Shown here one piece after another: positions 40,070 through 43,474 of a stretch of DNA of 43,474 nucleotides. The position numbers were made by a program, and so were the translations under genes. The stretch lies in sequence record SRR20825006_493. The stretch is one strand, 5' to 3'. Numbering within the stretch: the first letter of the stretch is position 1; every line of letters begins with the position of its first letter. Below the pieces are notes generated by a model. That model worked only from the letters and a program-made list of their open reading frames with translations, was not told where the DNA came from and searched no databases.

Positions 40070-41431
40070 ATGAAACGTATTTCCCTCTTATTATTTAGCG
40101 CTTCCCTTTTATGCATTATTGCTTGCAATAAGGAAGAACAGCCTATTGAAGTAACTTCAGAAAACATGCATCGGGCAATTGATAAAGTTGTTGAAGTTAT
40201 GATTCATGATATTTTTTCGCCAGTGGTAGCGAGTAGGATTTTTGTATATCCAGATATTGCTGCTTATGAAATTATTGCAAAGAATGACCCAAATTACAAT
40301 TCGCTTGCAGGTACTATAAATGGATTAAAACCCATTCCAAATCCTATTGATACTGTAAATGTAAACTACAAGGTTTCTGCATTGATTGCTCATTTGGAAT
40401 TAAGTAAGAGTCTTATTTTTTCTGAAGATAGAATAACTGCTTATCAAGATAGCTTATACAATACTTGGAAAAAAACCAACGAAAAAGAGTTTGAAAAATC
40501 TAAAGAATATGCCATGCAAGTGGTAACACATATGAAAAAATGGATGGATACGGACAATTATAAACAAACCCGAACCATGCCAAAATTTACAGTAAACACA
40601 GACGATCCTTCTCGTTGGCAACCAACTCCTCCTGCATATATGGACGGAATTGAACCCCATTGGATGAAAATAAGAACCCTTGCAATAGACTCTGCTGCTC
40701 AATTTAAACCGATTCCACCTCCTGAGTTTTCAATGGAAGAAGATAGTCAGTTTTACAAAGAAACTATGGAAGTTTATAATGTGAGAAATAAAATGACTGA
40801 GGAAGGCGATGATTCTGAAGAAATTGCTATTGCTAAGTTTTGGGATTGTAACCCATATGTTTCTGTTACCAAAGGACATTTAATGTTTGCAACCAAAAAA
40901 ATTACTCCAGGCGCACATTGGATTGGTATTACTAAAATAGCCTGTAGGAAAACAAATACAGATTTTAATAAAACAGTTTTTGCTTATACTAAAACTGCCA
41001 TTTCTATATTTGATGGTTTTATAAGCTGTTGGGATGAAAAATACAGAAGCAACCTTATCCGTCCGGAAACTGTAATTAATCAATATATAGACGAGAATTG
41101 GAAGCCTGTTTTACAAACCCCTCCTTTCCCTGAATATACGAGTGGACATTCGGTAGTTTCTGGAGCTGCAGCAAAAACACTGACTTCTATTTTTGGAGAT
41201 GATTTTGCTTTTGACGACGATACTGAAACTCCATATGGAATTCCTGTTCGCTCCTTCTCTTCCTTTAACAATGCTTCTACTGAAGCTGCTTTAAGTAGAA
41301 TGTATGGTGGAATTCACTACCGTGCAGCTATAGATGTTGGTTTGAGTCAAGGTCGATCTTTGGGAGAGTATGTAATTAATAAATTATCGGTAATGACTAA
41401 TAAAGAAGTAGCAAGTACTTCCGTAAAGTAA
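40070..41431 (+). CDS. Vanadium-dependent haloperoxidase family lipoprotein (PAP2/haloperoxidase superfamily)
   Basis: Lipobox IIAC; vanadate-site motifs CWDEKYRSNLIRP, TPPFPEYTSGHS, SRMYGGIHY; also WQPTPP and FWDCNP. Confidence 0.88.
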   Translation: MKRISLLLFSASLLCIIACNKEEQPIEVTSENMHRAIDKVVEVMIHDIFSPVVASRIFVYPDIAAYEIIAKNDPNYNSLAGTINGLKPIPNPIDTVNVNYKVSALIAHLELSKSLIFSEDRITAYQDSLYNTWKKTNEKEFEKSKEYAMQVVTHMKKWMDTDNYKQTRTMPKFTVNTDDPSRWQPTPPAYMDGIEPHWMKIRTLAIDSAAQFKPIPPPEFSMEEDSQFYKETMEVYNVRNKMTEEGDDSEEIAIAKFWDCNPYVSVTKGHLMFATKKITPGAHWIGITKIACRKTNTDFNKTVFAYTKTAISIFDGFISCWDEKYRSNLIRPETVINQYIDENWKPVLQTPPFPEYTSGHSVVSGAAAKTLTSIFGDDFAFDDDTETPYGIPVRSFSSFNNASTEAALSRMYGGIHYRAAIDVGLSQGRSLGEYVINKLSVMTNKEVASTSVK

Positions 41432-41441
41432 TAAAAATCAA

Positions 41442-42335
41442 ATGAAAAAAATTATAAGCGTTTTAATCCTTATTGTTTTATGTATTCTTGGCTGGTATTT
41501 ATTCATTAAAAAAAGTGATTATATCTATAGATTTGAAACCAAAACTAGTCAGGCTACAGTGTTTTATAGTATCTCAAATTGGAAAAAAACTAACGATTCT
41601 ATTCACACAGAAACCATAGATAGCACCCTATATAAATCCATCACCCAAAAGCTAAATTATTTGGATAAAAACTATACATTATTTTGGGATATTAAAGCTG
41701 AAAATGATTCCGTTACAAAAGTAGCGCTTGGCATTAAAGGAGCTAAAAACAATGCCATTAATAGAATTACAGCGCCTTTTTTAAATACTGAATTTAAAAG
41801 TATGTCAAAGGATATTGCAATGAACTTTATCCGTAAATTAAAAATGAATCTATCTACTTTTAGAGTAAAAATTACAGGAAAAACAGATTCTCCAGCTAAA
41901 AAATGTGCTTGTGTAAATGCAAAAACAAAACTAGAAAACAAGGCTAAACACATGATGCGAAATTACAATTACATAGCCGATTTTGTTGATGAAAACAATT
42001 TGCAACCAGATGGCAGACCAATGGTGGTTATTAATAACTTTAATAAAGAGGAAAATACTATTGATATGGATTTTTGTTTCCCTGTAACAAGAATTGATAA
42101 ACTCCCTGAAAACCCTGATATTTTCTTTAGGGAATTAAAGGCTGTCCCATCTCTTAAGGCTGTTTTTAATGGGAATTATATGTATTCTCATCATGCTTGG
42201 TTTCAAATTTTTGATTATGCTGAAAATAATGCTATTGATTTAAAAAACAATATTATAGAGAAGTTTCATAACAACCCTAATTTTGGGGGAGATGCATTGC
42301 AATGGACCACAGAGGTATATATTCCAATTAAATAA
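41442..42335 (+). CDS. Membrane-anchored protein with a C-terminal GyrI-like small-molecule-binding domain
   Basis: N-terminal hydrophobic anchor; GRPMVV..MDFCFPV..LKAVFNGNYMYSHHAW..EKFHNNP..WTTEVYIPI; 10 nt after the haloperoxidase stop. Confidence 0.75.
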   Translation: MKKIISVLILIVLCILGWYLFIKKSDYIYRFETKTSQATVFYSISNWKKTNDSIHTETIDSTLYKSITQKLNYLDKNYTLFWDIKAENDSVTKVALGIKGAKNNAINRITAPFLNTEFKSMSKDIAMNFIRKLKMNLSTFRVKITGKTDSPAKKCACVNAKTKLENKAKHMMRNYNYIADFVDENNLQPDGRPMVVINNFNKEENTIDMDFCFPVTRIDKLPENPDIFFRELKAVPSLKAVFNGNYMYSHHAWFQIFDYAENNAIDLKNNIIEKFHNNPNFGGDALQWTTEVYIPIK

Positions 42336-42398
42336 TCCTCTATGCGCCTTTTAATGGAGAGATTTATAACTAAATTTTATAGAAACTAAAAAGAATCA

Positions 42399-42520
42399 TT
42401 AATGGTCTCGTATAAGAATAGTAGCGGTTTACGCCCTAATTTTCGGTTAAACACAGACCTTTTTATATTTACTTACTTTCGTTTTAGCGATAAAACCACT
42501 ATTATTTTTATACATTGTAA
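42399..42520. repeat. Long imperfect palindrome A (attC-like cassette element)
   Basis: GTATAAGAATAGTAGCGGTTT (42410-42430) pairs with AAACCACTATTATTTTTATAC (42493-42513), 18/21 Watson-Crick pairs. Confidence 0.65.
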
Positions 42521-42522
42521 GG

Positions 42523-42678
42523 GTTGCACAAGCCATTAATTTTATAAAAAAAGAGGATTATGCTAATTTTTAATAATAGGTAAATTGTTGTTTTCTAAGC
42601 ATATGTCATTTTCAAGAACTGGTTTTAATTAGAAATTTGGTTAAAAAAAAGCTTGTGCAACAGCCACCATTGTTAGCC
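42523..42678. repeat. Long-spaced palindrome B (attC-like), abutting the PIN stop codon
   Basis: GTTGCACAAGC (42523-42533) / GCTTGTGCAAC (42651-42661) perfect 11-bp inverted repeat; PIN stop lies within minus-strand GGCTAAC (42678-42672). Confidence 0.6.
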
Positions 42679-43095
42679 ACTGGCTTTTCCTTTCAAATAA
42701 GTTTCTGGTGTCAATATTGCTAAATCACTTTTTTTGAAATCCTTTATATTTCTTGTCAGGATAATATTTATTTTTCCAATTTGAACCGCAGAAAAATTTT
42801 GTAAAGCATCTTCGAAATCTTTAAATTCTGAATTAAGAGCATCCAAAACAACATCTCTGTCCATTTCTATGATTTCTATTATACTTAATAGCTGTTTGAT
42901 TTTTTCTATTATCAGTTGATGTTTTGCTGTTTTTCTCAATAAATAATAAACATTACAGATTATGACTGGTGTTGTAAAACCATTTAGTCTTTTTTCTTCA
43001 CAGCGATTTAAAATTTCAGTCGAAAATTGAGCAAAAGGTTCACGGTCAAAAAAGAAATCCATTAATACATCAGTGTCGATTAAAATGTTGTCCAT
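42673..43095 (-). CDS. PIN-domain protein (VapC-like toxin)
   Basis: ILIDTDVLMD..FKDFEDALQ..ILTRNIKDF..ILTP acidic PIN motifs; 140 aa. Confidence 0.9.
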   Translation of the reverse strand: MDNILIDTDVLMDFFFDREPFAQFSTEILNRCEEKRLNGFTTPVIICNVYYLLRKTAKHQLIIEKIKQLLSIIEIIEMDRDVVLDALNSEFKDFEDALQNFSAVQIGKINIILTRNIKDFKKSDLAILTPETYLKGKASG

Positions 43096-43346
43096 TATAA
43101 ATATTTTTCTTCTAATCGATTTCTAAGCTCTTTTTTATAATCCATATTTTTAGGCATTTTAAAAGAACCTTTTAAAGACTTCACAACTGGATTTAATTTT
43201 GTTGATTTATTGGCTTTTTCTTCTTTTGTTAGAATTTTTAAATAATTTTCTATAATATCAGATAAGCTCCTGTTTTTATCTTTGGCATATTTTTTAGCTT
43301 TTTGGATAATTTCCTTCTCTATTGTCAAAGTGAGTTTTGTGTTCAT
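43095..43346 (-). CDS. Putative ribbon-helix-helix antitoxin (DUF6364-like)
   Basis: MNTKLTLTIEKEIIQKAKKYAKDKNRSLSDIIENYL beta-alpha-alpha pattern, VKSLKG; TAATG overlap with the PIN gene. Confidence 0.85.
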   Translation of the reverse strand: MNTKLTLTIEKEIIQKAKKYAKDKNRSLSDIIENYLKILTKEEKANKSTKLNPVVKSLKGSFKMPKNMDYKKELRNRLEEKYL

Positions 43347-43373
43347 TTTGATTGACTTAATTTATTATTGAAT

Positions 43374-43426
43374 CAAAGATAAGAATTTAATTTATTGCAC
43401 GTGCTGTTTTGTATTTATTTACACGT
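43374..43426 (-). promoter_or_regulatory. TA promoter (-7 TATCTTTG) and candidate autoregulatory operator
   Basis: TATCTTTG at 43381-43374; GCACGTGC palindrome at 43397-43404; ATTTATTGCACGT (43390-43402) and ATTTATTTACACGT (43413-43426) direct repeats. Confidence 0.55.
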
Positions 43427-43474
43427 TTTCTGGCTTGTGACTATTGTCCGAGTAAAAATACAAGACCGCTTTGC

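Noticed and set aside
30087-41431. Enediyne or halogenated natural-product biosynthetic cluster (UnbV + haloperoxidase)
   Set aside because: No PKS, NRPS, thioesterase, prenyltransferase or precursor peptide; all proteins are exported lipoproteins beside SusCD
42336-43474. Complete integron, IS element or prophage
   Set aside because: No integrase, transposase or phage gene within the window; only the palindromic sites are visible

Overview
AT-rich Bacteroidota DNA; the gene set and TAnnTTTG-type promoter elements point to Flavobacteriaceae. From left to right: tspO, an HI0933/BaiN-family flavoprotein and a secreted glycerophosphodiester phosphodiesterase. Next is a complete alpha-glucan (starch/glycogen/maltodextrin) utilisation locus. 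Its leftward arm holds a LacI regulator, MFS maltose permease, beta-PGM, GH65 maltose phosphorylase, GH97 and two GH13s. Its rightward arm holds SusC, SusD, SusE/F and a GH13 lipoprotein amylase resembling archaeal enzymes. After a terminator comes a second, glycosidase-free module: SusC2-SusD2, an oppositely oriented OmpR-type two-component system with a candidate sRNA, three translationally coupled ~1100-aa FG-GAP/VCBS + ASPIC/UnbV lipoproteins, a lipoprotein vanadium-haloperoxidase-family enzyme and a membrane-anchored GyrI-like protein. This module is the best candidate for an uncharacterised system. The window ends with a PIN/RHH-type toxin-antitoxin pair bounded by long imperfect palindromes that resemble attC cassette sites. 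The intergenic DNA carries several repeat families and an exact 17-bp match between the two divergent PUL leaders. All family calls come from motif recognition by eye; no database searches were run.
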